NCBI RefSeq assembly: GCF_964204645.1
Contig: NC_134026.1
Location: 30,228,150-30,292,149, forward strand
From: Tubulanus polymorphus
Taxonomy: Eukaryota; Animalia; Nemertea
Length of the DNA: 64,000 bases
Direction: 5' to 3'
The position numbers were made by a program, and so were the translations under genes. Positions 11,701-23,185 of the stretch are shown here, piece by piece. Below the pieces are notes generated by a model. The model searched no databases and was not told the origin of the DNA. It was given only the letters and a program-made list of their open reading frames with translations. Numbering within the stretch: the stretch's first letter is position 1; each line of letters begins with the position of its first letter.

Positions 11701-14700
11701 ACATGGGGATCATTCATTTATTACGTACGCATGAAATTTGACTTTTTCACCCCAGTACACGAAATCGGCCATTTTTTCATATACATTTAGCATTTTGGTA
11801 TGCAATTGCACTGACCCATCCCCCTGCCCTAATACGTACGTAATAAATGAATGATCCCATGTCCCCTGCCCTTGTTTGCCACGGGCTGATCACTTCAGAT
11901 GATCACGAGCCCCAGTCTCTGGTTGCCTAATTGTCTTGGATTATTGCGTGCCCTAAACAAAATATAAAAGATTTCCTCTATCCCGTGTAATCACGATCAA
12001 TCGTTTCTTCGACTGCTCCAGAATTCATTTTCCTTTGAGTGGATTCTACAGAATTCAACCGTTAAATAATGAATGTAATCTTTTCAGATGACGTTATGTG
12101 AATATCATATACCATCACGAGTTCGCAAAAATCGATCGATTCCTCAACTTCCTCCGTCTGTTCATGATGTCTGTTTCTATATGGATTTCCACGGATTCCT
12201 ACCTGGTTAGTGACACTATATTCATGCAGGGATGTGAACCTGATTGTGTCGTGAGACTCTACCACTGATCCCGTCCTGATAACCCTGTGTACATACATGC
12301 AGCTATATGTGCGCTGGGTATATTCTGTTCCTAATGATAGTGATAATGATTCATCTGTCTAAATATGCTAATTTGGCATTACATGATACAAGGAGAAAGC
12401 AAAAATCCAGTTCGATAAAAAGTCATCTAGTCTCGCAATGTCATCAGGTTTAAATCCCTATTAACAAATAGATGGTTAATTGATGTGTTAATTGATGTGT
12501 TAATTGATGTATTAATTGATGTGTTAATTGTATAGATGGATTATTTCATCGTATTGTGACTCGTGTGATTCGCTGGTCGTTTGAAAACGGGGGACAGTCG
12601 CCGAGATTGTATTACAGACTCGCTTGTTTCATCATCGATAATGAACACGATCTCGTCCTTCAGATGGAGCCACTGAAATACGCTCGTATTAAAGTAAGCA
12701 TCTTTCATTGTTTATTTGAATCTGTATATTGCCTGTATTTGAACCCGTGTATTGCCTGTATTTGAATCCGTATATTGCCTGTATTTGAACCTGTATATTG
12801 CCTGTATTTGAACCCGTCTATTGCCTGTATTTGAACCTGTGTATTGCCTGTATTTGAACCCGTGTATTGCCTGTATTTGAACCCGTGTATTGCCTGTATT
12901 TGAACCTGTGTATTGCCTGTATTTGAACCCGTGTATTGCCTGTATTTGAACCTGTATATTGCCTGTATTTGAACCTGTATATTGCCTGTATTTGTAGGTT
13001 CTGATAAAGAGAGTCGCTGATTTAAGTGATAGTGATGAATCTGCTGATGAATCTAACACCGATAAAGCTCTTCCACCCCCGAATCCTTCTGTTTGTGCTA
13101 AGGTTTGATTTTTGATATAAAAAAAGTAAAAAATCAGCTACGTCGTAGCTGAGACGATCATTACATTGACAAATGATGACCTTGGCTAGGTAAATTGAAT
13201 TGGAAATACAAATGTGCACTAAATTCAGAGATGATTTATTTGATGATGATTTAACTGAGTTTAACTGTCACTCCTATCTCAACAGTTTCACTATTTGTAT
13301 CTGTAACTGGAATTATTGATTATTTCTAGGTTCGACATTTTCTTGAGTCGACTCTGTGTAGTTTACGTGAAATGTGGATTCGTCGTTTATCATACACCGC
13401 TCGCGTCATCTGCTACTGCGGTAAACAATGTCATTACCACGGCAACGCTTACTGTGAATTGTTGGAATGTTTGCATTTTCTGAATCTCGATGAATGTCTC
13501 ACAAATAAGGTTTGTTACTATTCCACTAATCAAGAAAAAATTGAAAGGGATTTTGAATTCCGTGATCTGTTAAAATACTGTCTGATTCAGGGTGGCGCCA
13601 CCTACCTCGAAATCAGGGAAAAGTCAGGGAATATTGTAAAAAATCTAAAAATCATGGAAATTTGTTGAGATTACTAGATTACTAGATTACCTAAAATTAA
13701 ACAGTTTCCGTCTATGTCGTACGTATTTGACTGTGATTGATTAGATTAGCAGATTGAGTCAGGGAACACAACGCACATGTCAGGGAATAGTCAGGGATAA
13801 GCGCGTCAAAAAGTGACGTCACCCTGTGATTCTCTCTCTGATTCCCTCTGAACAACTGTATATTTATTCTGTTTATAGATCGTGTGTTGCGAACACAGAA
13901 GAATAAAAACTGCTAATTATCGTAAATGGTTCCCGTCACATCATCCTGTTGGTGAGTACGCATTCACAGAAACCTCGGTCCCTCCTCCACCCTGAACCTT
14001 TCTGAAATCACAGAAACCTCGGTCCCTCCTCCACCCTGAACCTTTCTGAAATCACAGAAACCTCGGTCCCTCCTCCACCCTGAACCTTTCTGAAATCACA
14101 GAAACCTCGGTCCCTCCTCCACCCTGAACCTTTCTGAAATCACAGAAACCTCGGTCCCTCCTCGACCCTGAACCTTTCTGAAATCACAGAAACCTCGGTC
14201 CCTCCTCCACCCTGAACCTTTCTGAAATCACAGAAACCTCGGTCCCTCCTCCACCCTGAACCTTTCTGAAATCACAGAAACCTCGGTCCCTCCTCCACCC
14301 AGAACCTTTCTGAAATCACAGAAACCTCGGTCCCTCCTCCACCCTGAACCTTTCTGAAATCACAGAAACCTCGGTCCCTCCTCCACCCTAAACCTTTCTG
14401 AAATCTGTAATGAATGTCTTCATTTAGCCCGTCCTGGACCGATTTTACCGGCTGACATTTTACCGTCGAAAGATGAAAACGTCATCACAAACATCGAAGC
14501 GAAGAAAGGAGCCGAACTTCCCGGTTGGGTGAAGAGCGCGGCTAAACTTCTGAATGGTGGATCAGAGGGGCAAGACTGGACTGAATTAGCTAAGAAACTA
14601 GGTACAGTAGAACATGACTGCTTCGAATTATCACGTGCCCCACGAGTTTACAAATTTTCTCCCACTCCAATTCATTATGATAACAACCAATCCCTGCTCC

Positions 14701-17145
14701 AACTTCCCCGGAATTTACGTAGCTCTGAAAAGATGTATTAGTCCTACACGATCTGAAACAAATGGAGTCTATTAGACCAAGTTCTACCGCTCTCGATAAA
14801 GATTTGAGAGTTAACTCATCGAAAATTGGCTGATTTTAACTCTAACTCGCATCTGTAAAACTGGAATCTGCATTTGAATTTAGCAATCTCAGAAATAGTG
14901 AATGATCGCTGAACTCCTGCTCTGGTCAACGATTCATGTTTTGTTTGTTTTTTATTCGAAGGTTATAAGAAGATTCGAATCGATCGTTTTAACGATGATT
15001 TAAATCCGGGTCTCGCTCTGATCGCTGATTGGATTATCAGTAGTGGTAATACAGCTTTATCTATTGATATGATGATTACATATCTAGAACAGATGCATCG
15101 AGATGATATTATAGATATTATACATAAAGGTCGAGGTAAGTTTCACGGAAAATGGATGATATCTTCGTTAAAAGTTTCAGAACCTATTTCATGGCTCGGT
15201 AGACAGGGTTTTTGACTCGGGTCAGTGAGCTGTTCGGTTTGAACCTCAGTAAACCCATACAAGTCAATGATCAATACTTGATGGAGTAAAGTGTTAAGAA
15301 ATGCATAAGAATTATAAACTGCGGGTAGAGATCTATGCCCCTGGACAACAAACAGTCTATAGACCTATTGCAGCCATGTGTTTTTTTTACATGACTGCTG
15401 CCATATTTACAGTCCATACAATAAGAGATTTTAAATAACGGATCCCGAAATTTGTAAATGACTATGTTATCTTGTGTTGTTATGGCAAGTCTCCAACACT
15501 AATAAGCAAACTAAGATACAGATCTACTGCGTAACTTACGGTGTTTATATATGAATTATTTGTAGAATATGAAGTCGATCCTCCACAGATATTTATCAGT
15601 TATCAATGGGATAAACAAGATGAAGTTCGCCAGTTACGGGACTGGTTAGAACGAGCTGGATTCACGTGTTGGATGGATATCGGTCAGATGGGCGGTGGGG
15701 ATCAACTGCACCAAAAAATAGACCTCGGAATACGAAACTGCAAGGTTAAACTAGTTTATAACAAGTGAAGTTCGTAATAAAAAACATGGGCCTCACAAAT
15801 GAGGGAAAACTTGGAAGTTCAAAATTATATTATTATAAAATTCCCGGTTTGGAAATATTTGAGAATTTGATATTCTGCTAATCCAGGAAATATGTAGGAA
15901 ATTCAACTTCCCTGCGCAAAGTTCTGAGATATTTATTGCTTTCTTCCTTTAGCAATTTTTCTTAAAAATCACATTAATCAACCAGTCACCACTAAAGTGT
16001 TGATGTCTCTGTAGTTTGATGATAACTGTTCGATTTCCATTTGGAAAAATTGAAAAATCACGAGTGAAAAGCTTGGTAATTTTGTATTGGTGCTACTGTA
16101 AGATCAACAAGCTCCAGAAACTTGTATTGTATGTACATGTATTTGTATTTCATAATTGTAGGTAGTTTTGGCTTGTTTGTCACCTAAATACATAGTGTCT
16201 CACATCTGTAACCGGGAACTCAGTTTAGCCGATATCTTACGCAAACCAGTTGTACCTATAGTGTATGATAAGGTACCGTGGCCTCCACCGGGGGGCATGG
16301 CACTTATGTTCTCACAACTGATCTATATCGATATGAACGGTAGGTGGCAACTCCATTTTGTTTTTAATTAAGACCCAAGATCTTGAGTTATTACCAAAAC
16401 TTTAGAGCAAATAGATTTAAAAAGATCTTGAACTCGGTGCTACACAGAATAATTCTACTGAAAAATATTCTTGTGGTCTATCGTTTCTTTCCTGTTAGGA
16501 ATTAGTCAAAATTACTACAAGTACCGTAGTTGTTACTTTCAAAATGAATTCTACATTTGATTGCAAATGCATTTTATTATTTCATGGCTTAAATCATTGA
16601 TTTGAGGCTCAGAAACTCTCTTACGGATTTAAGAAAAAGTGTTGACTTTTAACTTAAAAAATTTCTAAAATTTTGCCTCAGTTCGACATCAACAAACTCT
16701 AGAAATTGGAGTGATAGATACTGTGAGTGTTATTGTTATCTGTTTAGGTGTTGGCGGTCACGGAGGTTCCGGTATTCACGCCGATCTAGAAGATAGATAC
16801 AATGAAGTCATCCAACAAATCTCTCATCACACGAGTCCGGAAAATCCACCTCAGATAGACGTGGAAGTTTCACCAGCCGTTGATGAGACCGATGAGAAAG
16901 AGTTAACGCCGCGCTCGGACGCGACCGTGCTCAGTTCTGATGCGATTTCGCAGGATCAGTCTGCTGCGGAGAACGTAATACAACCCGATTATAATATACT
17001 GAATAATACGTCAGTTCTCCCTGAACACTTACACGGTGACCGTGTTACACCTCCCAATTTACAACAACAACCAACTCAACAAACTCTCAATTCAACCGTT
17101 GAGCAAGTTAGCGTTACTAAATGTGCGATTTGTACGATATTGTGA
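5721..17145 (+). CDS. Multi-exon ROCO-family protein: NHR/Neuralized domain - Roc GTPase - COR - Cys/His-rich segment - Death domain - TIR (TIR_2-type) - C-terminal CaaX
   Basis: NHR: MHFHDVCGSAIVLS...FCNGITFTQKPL...GAVRIGVT...LWVLLDIYGNT (5721-6183). G1 RLMLVGQDGVGKTSL (6497-6659), G2 STEGID (~7072-7193), G3 IWDFAGQSIYYTTHQ (9297-9500), G4 IFVVGTHKN (10071-10256). COR: YMGEQIPLKWL, MLEFYHDFGLIIHY, VILKPQWL, FHGFLPDGLFHRIV. Death: DWTELAKKLGY...LALIADW...LEQMHRDDII (14428-15136). TIR: IFISYQWD...CWMDIGQMGGGD...LSPKY...CNRELSLA (15567-16339). Ends KCAICTIL*. Introns examined are canonical GT-AG. Confidence 0.9.
6867..6974. mobile_element. About 108-bp MITE (family A), PIF/Harbinger-like
   Basis: TIRs of about 25 bp (gacccagttccacagttgtgagtta / taactcagaactgtggaactggatc) flanked by CTG on both sides. 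Near-identical inverted copy at 61934-62041; decayed copies near 14775-14870, 19355-19460, 40520-40600, 42060-42160 and 52090-52185. Confidence 0.75.
7585..7598. promoter_or_regulatory. RFX X-box-like motif in a ROCO intron
   Basis: GTCGCCATGGTAAC matches the consensus GTYNCYATRGNAAC. Confidence 0.3.
8861..8902 (+). ncRNA. Minimal type I hammerhead ribozyme (Penelope-like element type), intronic
   Basis: acac-TTGACGA-t-gatctc(tagggt)gagatc-GAAA-cg-TC-gtgt. Stem I acac/gtgt, 6-bp stem II, very short palindromic stem III, C3>U core variant. Flanked by a perfect 26-bp inverted repeat (8835-8860 / 8908-8933). Confidence 0.7.
11706..11858. mobile_element. About 153-bp MITE (family B), PIF/Harbinger-like
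   Basis: Perfect 23-bp TIRs gggatcattcatttattacgtac / gtacgtaataaatgaatgatccc, with ATG on both flanks (possible 3-bp TSD). Related inverted copy at 60928-61089. Confidence 0.8.
12473..12530 (+). repeat. 12-bp tandem repeat (gatgtgttaatt) x ~4-5 abutting a splice acceptor
   Basis: Read directly; the array runs into ...taattgtatag|ATGGA. Confidence 0.85.
12713..12994 (+). repeat. 22-bp minisatellite (tattgcctgtatttgaaccYgtR) x ~13 filling intron 12694-12997
   Basis: Read directly; it accounts for the repetitive spurious minus-strand ORF 12712-13059. Confidence 0.95.
13588..13826. mobile_element. About 240-bp MITE (family C) with internal TCAGGGAA repeats
   Basis: TIRs cagggtggcgccac / gtgacgtcaccctg flanked by TGATT on both sides (5-bp TSD). 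Fragments of the same family near 6710-6860, 60365-60423 and 62615-62650. Confidence 0.75.
13965..14404 (+). repeat. 44-bp minisatellite x 10 (cacagaaacctcggtccctcctccaccctgaacctttctgaaat) in intron 13952-14427
   Basis: Read directly; copies are nearly identical. Confidence 0.95.
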
Positions 17146-18987
17146 TTTCACAATCAGGGGTCTGTCTGTCGCTCAAAAGTTGGTTACAGGAAACTATTTG
17201 GATAGTTGTATAGGAACCAAAAAATCTGTTCATTATAACCGATAGTTCTATATACAGTGTAACTTCGTTTTGGCGTCCCTTGTCTTTAGAAATTATATAT
17301 TGTGGGTTTTAATCCATGGTGTATAGGGGATATAGTGACAATAAAGACTGTATTATTACTATAGTATTTATACAGTGGTTTTTCTTAATCAACTATTGAG
17401 CGGCCACTGACCACAGGCAGTAGTGTAACTGTGAATGATAGTGTGATATATCTATCTAGAATAACCATGGCTTTATATGTTAGACTAAAGTGAGCTTTTA
17501 TTGATGTGAAAAGTATAACGAATCCTGTCTGATGATAATGAAAGATTTGTATATTCAGGCGAGCAATTATAGGGGGAAGGGTCATGTGAACTTTAGTAAA
17601 AAGGGGGTAAATAGTTTATTATGGACTGCGACCGCAGAACTCCATCATGCAGTAGAGAACTCTAGTCTCGCTATTGGATCAGTCCTATAACATCACATTT
17701 CTGTGTAGTATTTAATTGTGGGCATTGATTTCCAGCTGAAATAATTACAGCTGATGGAAGATAGTTGACTTAAGAAGCAGCTTTGATCGTTAAACATTAC
17801 ATTCAGGTTATAAATTAATGAATCTCATTGATGGATCTGAATGTGTCATATTTCATCAATATTTCAACATCTGCAGCCTATTTTACACTTGTGTGATATT
17901 TGACTTTGTGAGTTGAATGATTGAAAATGAATTGGTTTTATGGACTCGATCGTAAGTCCAGTCAGGAATGAAGTTTATTGAAAACCATTCAGATAAAAGA
18001 ACTAACTATTCATCACTATTTCAGTAAATAATGTAAACTAGAATATACAGTGAAACTGTCATCATTCCAGTGGTTTGATAAATGTAGTTATTTGTATATG
18101 TAAAAAACTATACCTTACACTGGAGGCTTCTGAATATTGATTATACGAAATAGACATATTTTACGAACTTGTAATGTTTTTAGTAGTTGTCCATACATAC
18201 ATACATATATAACTTTGTATATTTTGTCTGGTTATTGTTATCCTGTTGAGCGTTGATGAGAATTGTAGTTTTTTTTCTCTACATTCTGAGGAACAGTCAT
18301 CATCAGTCTGTCGTAAATTGTTGATTGTTAACTGCTGAGGGTTGAATTTGTTGTGAAGTACATCCGTCCATTTTGTACATATAATCAACAGACCGTATTT
18401 ATTTATGATTTATTGATTTAATTTATTTAAGATCAGAACTCGATTCAAGAGTCTCGCTCGCGGTTAAGTTTTACTCTAGAATTAAAACTAGTTTATTTCC
18501 TCTGTTTTAAACCCACGAGTAAAATATTAACTGAGAACATTTGAACCAGGTCCTGATTCAATCATATGATTTTAAATTGTGATGCAGTGAAGGTCATGTT
18601 TTGATTCTTACAGTTCTTTAATTATAATATATGAAAAAAAAAACTAAAAAGATTCTATTCTACACCGAGTGAGAAATATTTTTTATTTCAAATTATAGAC
18701 TGAAGATTGTTTTCCGGTTGTTTTATGATTATTTGAATATTGATTTCGATTAAAATCTCAAACATTCCAATCATGTTTTAATAGAAGTTTTACTTCATTG
18801 TTTGAAATATTCCACTATGATAATTTTTGTATTCTTGTCCAGAATGTAAATAAAGGATGTAGTGTTTATACTGAATTATGAAAGTTCATCTTCGAGTTTT
18901 TCTTTCTGATCTTCATGAGGATTTCACCTAGAATAACCATAGAAGCGATAACATTAAAAACCTCATTTTCTAATGAGTAAATACAGT

Positions 18988-19036
18988 TTATTAACACGAA
19001 CGTTTTCGGGATCATATCCCCTCATCAGGTGAAATA
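18988..19036 (-). ncRNA. Mirror copy of the minimal hammerhead ribozyme on the minus strand
   Basis: Exact reverse complement of 19171-19219 within the left arm of the inverted repeat. Confidence 0.75.
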
Positions 19037-19170
19037 CAAGTGAATCAAATGATTAAACTACAGGTTTATATACAACATAAGTTACAAAATTACAAGTGCT
19101 AAATTCTAAGCTAATTACAAACCATCTTATGTTGTATATAAACCTGTAGTTTAATCATTTGATTCACTTG

Positions 19171-19219
19171 TATTTCACCTGATGAGGGGATATGATCCCG
19201 AAAACGTTCGTGTTAATAA
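19171..19219 (+). ncRNA. Minimal type I hammerhead ribozyme
   Basis: tatttcac-CTGATGA-g-gggat(atg)atccc-GAAA-acgt-TC-gtgttaata. Canonical core, 5-bp stem II, palindromic AACGTT stem III; predicted cleavage after C19209. Confidence 0.8.
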
Positions 19220-19936
19220 ACTGTATTTACTCATTAGAAAATGAGGTTTTTAATGTTATCGCTTCTATGGTTATTCGGATATTTGAACTCTCTTCCTAAG
19301 ATCTATTTCACCTAGAATCTGTTTCAACCGGCTCGAGTTACAGGAACACCAGAACCTGGATTCAGCTCCACGGTTGTGAGTGAGGACATGGACTGCATTT
19401 TAACGTCCATGATTAGAGTCATCATTTCTGATGAGTCGAATCTGAACTCAGATTTGTGCTTGAACTAGAACTGCAGCTGTGAGGGAATTCGGAAATCTAT
19501 TTTGCCATATGTTTATGATATCGTTGAGAATATTCATCGTAATAAACTCCTCGAATCATTAAACAGAAGGATATCAGAATTATCTACGAGTCTGAATACA
19601 ATGTTACGGAGGATGTCTACTTATAGAGACATTAGACATATCATTTACCAATGTTTGAAACGACGAACATATACATTCTGTCTGATATTTGACTTTTAAC
19701 ATATAGGCTGACATTTCCATTCGCGTGAGTTTTAATAATACCAGAGAATAATGGTGTATATAAGCGCTGCAAACGGCAGATGTTCAGTTCCCTGGATGAT
19801 TTCATATATTAGGTATATACGACCAGAGATTCGGGATCATAATATTTTTGCAGTTAGTTCACTGTGTCTTTTACATCAACTGGACTCTGATCGGTTCTCC
19901 TGAAACATCATCCGGCCGATTCGATCCCTGGATGCA

Positions 19937-19950
19937 GTTACCATAGAAAC
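19937..19950. promoter_or_regulatory. RFX X-box upstream of a probable non-coding first exon (donor 20225|GTAAGT) of the profilin locus
   Basis: GTTACCATAGAAAC matches GTYNCYATRGNAAC. A strong donor follows about 275 nt downstream, and there is a strong acceptor at 23163. Confidence 0.45.
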
Positions 19951-22267
19951 AGTACTACTTAAATCAATATTTCGCTATTCCAGATTGTGACATGACTCCT
20001 CAGCAGGGGAGTGAATCGTATGAGTGATTGTTTTTGTTTTCCAAACCTATCAAACGCGCGTTCAACATTTCGAAGCATTTTGGTTCGAGTCGCAGATGGA
20101 CAGATGATTATAACGGATATCAGAACTGCTGTAAAATAACGCGTGTCGTGATCGAGTTCAATTCATTCAGTCGCACATTAAATCAACGATTAGCCGTACA
20201 TCTGTAAACTCTCTTTCATTCAACGGTAAGTGGTTTTTTATTTGGGAAGGTTTTATAAACCGAGTATTTGACAAATTTGACAAATACCGAGTAATATCTT
20301 TACACTTCGTCGACTCACAAGGGCCTGTGCAAATCTCATTTGACCCCAGTATCTTAGGAACCGTATAAAAAACTTTTTCATATGATACCTAGGATACTGG
20401 GTCAAAAATTTGTTCAGGCCAGTGTTGGCCCTTTCCACTAGAAATTTATTGTATGTTATTCACAAATACGGAAATAGGAATTTATGAAATGCGATATTGT
20501 ATTAAAATGTCTGATAGCTCAATAATTATTATTTCATTATTCATCGAGTGACATGTGCGATTTGTTTTAATGCAAAATGCAATCCAGGGAAATACGATGT
20601 AAAGCCATATAACATGGGCTTTTACTTCCCAGTCACGTCAAAATTAGTAAAAAAAACAAATATATTTGTGAAATAAATATTGTGAAGGCATCTTAAACAG
20701 AACATTTGGCAATTCAAACGACTTAATTATACGTATCTATAATAGGCGAAATCGATGGAGCCCGATGCACTTGAAACTGGGAATTTTTTAAACAGAAATC
20801 GTGCTCTGAATAGATATATAATGATTAGTTTTTTTTCTCTTGAGTTTAGTTAATTATTCATGTGTAGAAATACGCATTTCAATATTCTGTATTCATACAT
20901 GGATTATATATGATAACTCGAACCTATTAAAATGTATAAGTATTGAATACGTTACCTATATGAAATATATATAAAATTGTATTGTATAAGAGATAAGACG
21001 ACCAGATGTGACCGCGCTCTGTCTCATACTATGCTTTGTATTGGATTTTGTCAACATGTTGACTCAATTAAGATGATTTATACGATGTTTATTCGGCTAT
21101 TAGTTCAGTTATTCATAACCATGTTAACTTTTCCAAGGCGTCTCGTGTAAAAATTGAGGAAGTCGGCCGATCGATCTTCAACAACATTTTCCAGCCGTGC
21201 AAAGAAATGATAAGAAATTATCACGCGCTCAAGTCACCAGTCGATGAAAGATGCAATAGGAAAAAAATTTTATATGAAAATGTATTAGAGGAACAATCAC
21301 TTTTCTAAACTAAAAAGGTATCTTCCAGGTGGCAGCGTGTAAAAATATTCAAATTCACAAACGGTCATTGAGTTTCCACTCAAAAAGTGGCTAACCTAAA
21401 AAAAACCACAGCGCTTACACCCAAGGACTTCAATTTGCACTTTCGATGATTCCAAAGTGTGCTAACCACTACAGTTATAGGGATTAGGATTCTCACAGGG
21501 CGGAAGTAATATTTGAAGAGCTATTTTCATCCCTTCGTTTATTGATTTAAACATTTATGAACAAAAACCAGCAGCGCTATTAAATAATCCTGTCTGCCTG
21601 TTTGCAAGATTGATCTGAATAATAAACGATAGTTCCCTTTGTGTGTTAATATTTTTTATTTCTGACTAATAGGCCTGCTGCTGCATAAAACTCGATATCA
21701 AACTCGATTCGTAAAAGTTAATTGATCGTATAACAACGCGTAGTTTATAAGGTAATGATATCTCTGTCCTGTCCGATGTTGGTCAGAAAAAGATACGTCG
21801 GGATCTTTTTCAATTCTATATTTTCGAAAGATACTGCTGTTAATCTAATCAGATAAACTCTTCTGTTATTGAATTTAGATTTTTATAGGGTATCATATTA
21901 TCATCTAAACCCAGGTTTTAAAAATGTACGAACCCTCGAAAACCAGTTGTCCCAACAAATATACACTCATATTTCTACGCTCAGCTCGAATGAATAGAAC
22001 AGATGCATTTCATTACAAAATTGATTAACGAATCCAATCTATATTAACCTGTCAAATACTGGTTGCTGAATTTATTACGCATTATATTGTAAACTAGTTG
22101 CTTCGGCAAAATTATTGATAACGGATTACATTTTCCAGTGTGGATCAGTTTTAATTTATATTCCGAGTCAGGAAGCTTATGTTATTAATTTGGTAAGTCA
22201 TGTATATTTACATCGGGGCTGTGTTCTCGCTTCTCGGGGTAAAATAGAAAAAATACGGATGGAAATT

Positions 22268-22345
22268 TGGAGGTCTCTTGGAGGTTCGAACCCGTGTCTC
22301 TCATCACGCTGAAGACAAGCGTACCAACCATTAGTCTATATGGAA
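22268..22345 (-). mobile_element. Degenerate tRNA-derived (SINE-like) relic
   Basis: The minus strand shows an A-box-like TAGACTAATGGTT, a B-box GGTTCGAACC and a terminal CCA, but the acceptor and T stems do not pair. Confidence 0.35.
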
Positions 22346-23185
22346 GTTAGTCCACTTATAGACAGTGGTTGTGCGGCTTAACATATTTACATAACACGTA
22401 TTAACAACATGCAACTTGATAATGAGATCATTATTATTAACTATAGAAACATTTTCAGGGTTGAGATTTTTTCTTTATTTTGTGCTCAGTTATATGAGAA
22501 TACAATAGAAATATCCGTATGGGTTTTTAAACGATCGTTCAGACTATGCATACATAGACAAGTGGTAAAACAGCTCCAGACTAACAGCAATTAAATTGAA
22601 GGACAATTTGTTAGATTCGTGACCGCGAATAGACCTCACTAATTAACAATGATCTGGAGCTGTTGACACGCATGTCTCTAGTTATGCAAATTTTACCATT
22701 GAATTATGATAATATATTCATTTCTTTGAAGTATATATTAGAATATTATTTGTCTAGTGGAAACCCTGATTAACCGTCTAAAAATCAAATCTCTCATCAG
22801 TTCATGATCCTCGCAGTGCGTGTATTGGTAACCGTTTTTCGTATTTCGATATTACTTCAGATAAGCTGTTATTTTTAACAATTGATGAAACATTCCTGGT
22901 CAAATAAAGTTCAAAGGAGCATATATCTACTGAAATTATGATATTTTGTTTGATTTAAAACCATTGTCATGGTCGTATTTACAAACAATAAGCGGTTTGA
23001 ACAGGTTTCAGCACAAACACAAACAGAATTTTCTATTCGCCCTGAAATCAACGCGAACAGTGTAACTAATGCTGGCTGTTATCTCGTGGCATATTCTTTT
23101 TTTTTACTTCCCTGATTGTGACAGTATTACACCTATCACAATACTTTTATTTTTTTTCTGCAGATAAGAATTTCTGAAATAGAAA

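Larger units (their letters stand above)
18921..19318. mobile_element. Penelope-like element remnant: perfect 151-bp inverted repeat with hammerhead ribozymes and a 14-bp direct duplication
   Basis: Arms 18931-19081 and 19126-19276 are exact reverse complements around a 44-nt spacer. atttcacctagaat occurs at 18921-18934 and 19305-19318. A hammerhead core is followed by AATAAA, as in PLE pseudo-LTRs. Confidence 0.75.

Noticed and set aside
12712-13059. 115-aa repetitive minus-strand ORF
   Set aside because: Artefact of the 22-bp intronic minisatellite plus the antisense strand of a ROCO exon.
13965-14404. Regular repeat array resembling CRISPR
   Set aside because: Head-to-tail identical units with no unique spacers, inside a eukaryotic intron, and no cas genes.
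19428-19445. CTGATGAGTCGAA as a third hammerhead
   Set aside because: No stem II or stem I pairing; lies in a decayed MITE-A copy.
22268-22345. Functional tRNA gene
   Set aside because: A- and B-box-like motifs are present but the cloverleaf stems do not pair; kept only as a SINE-like relic.
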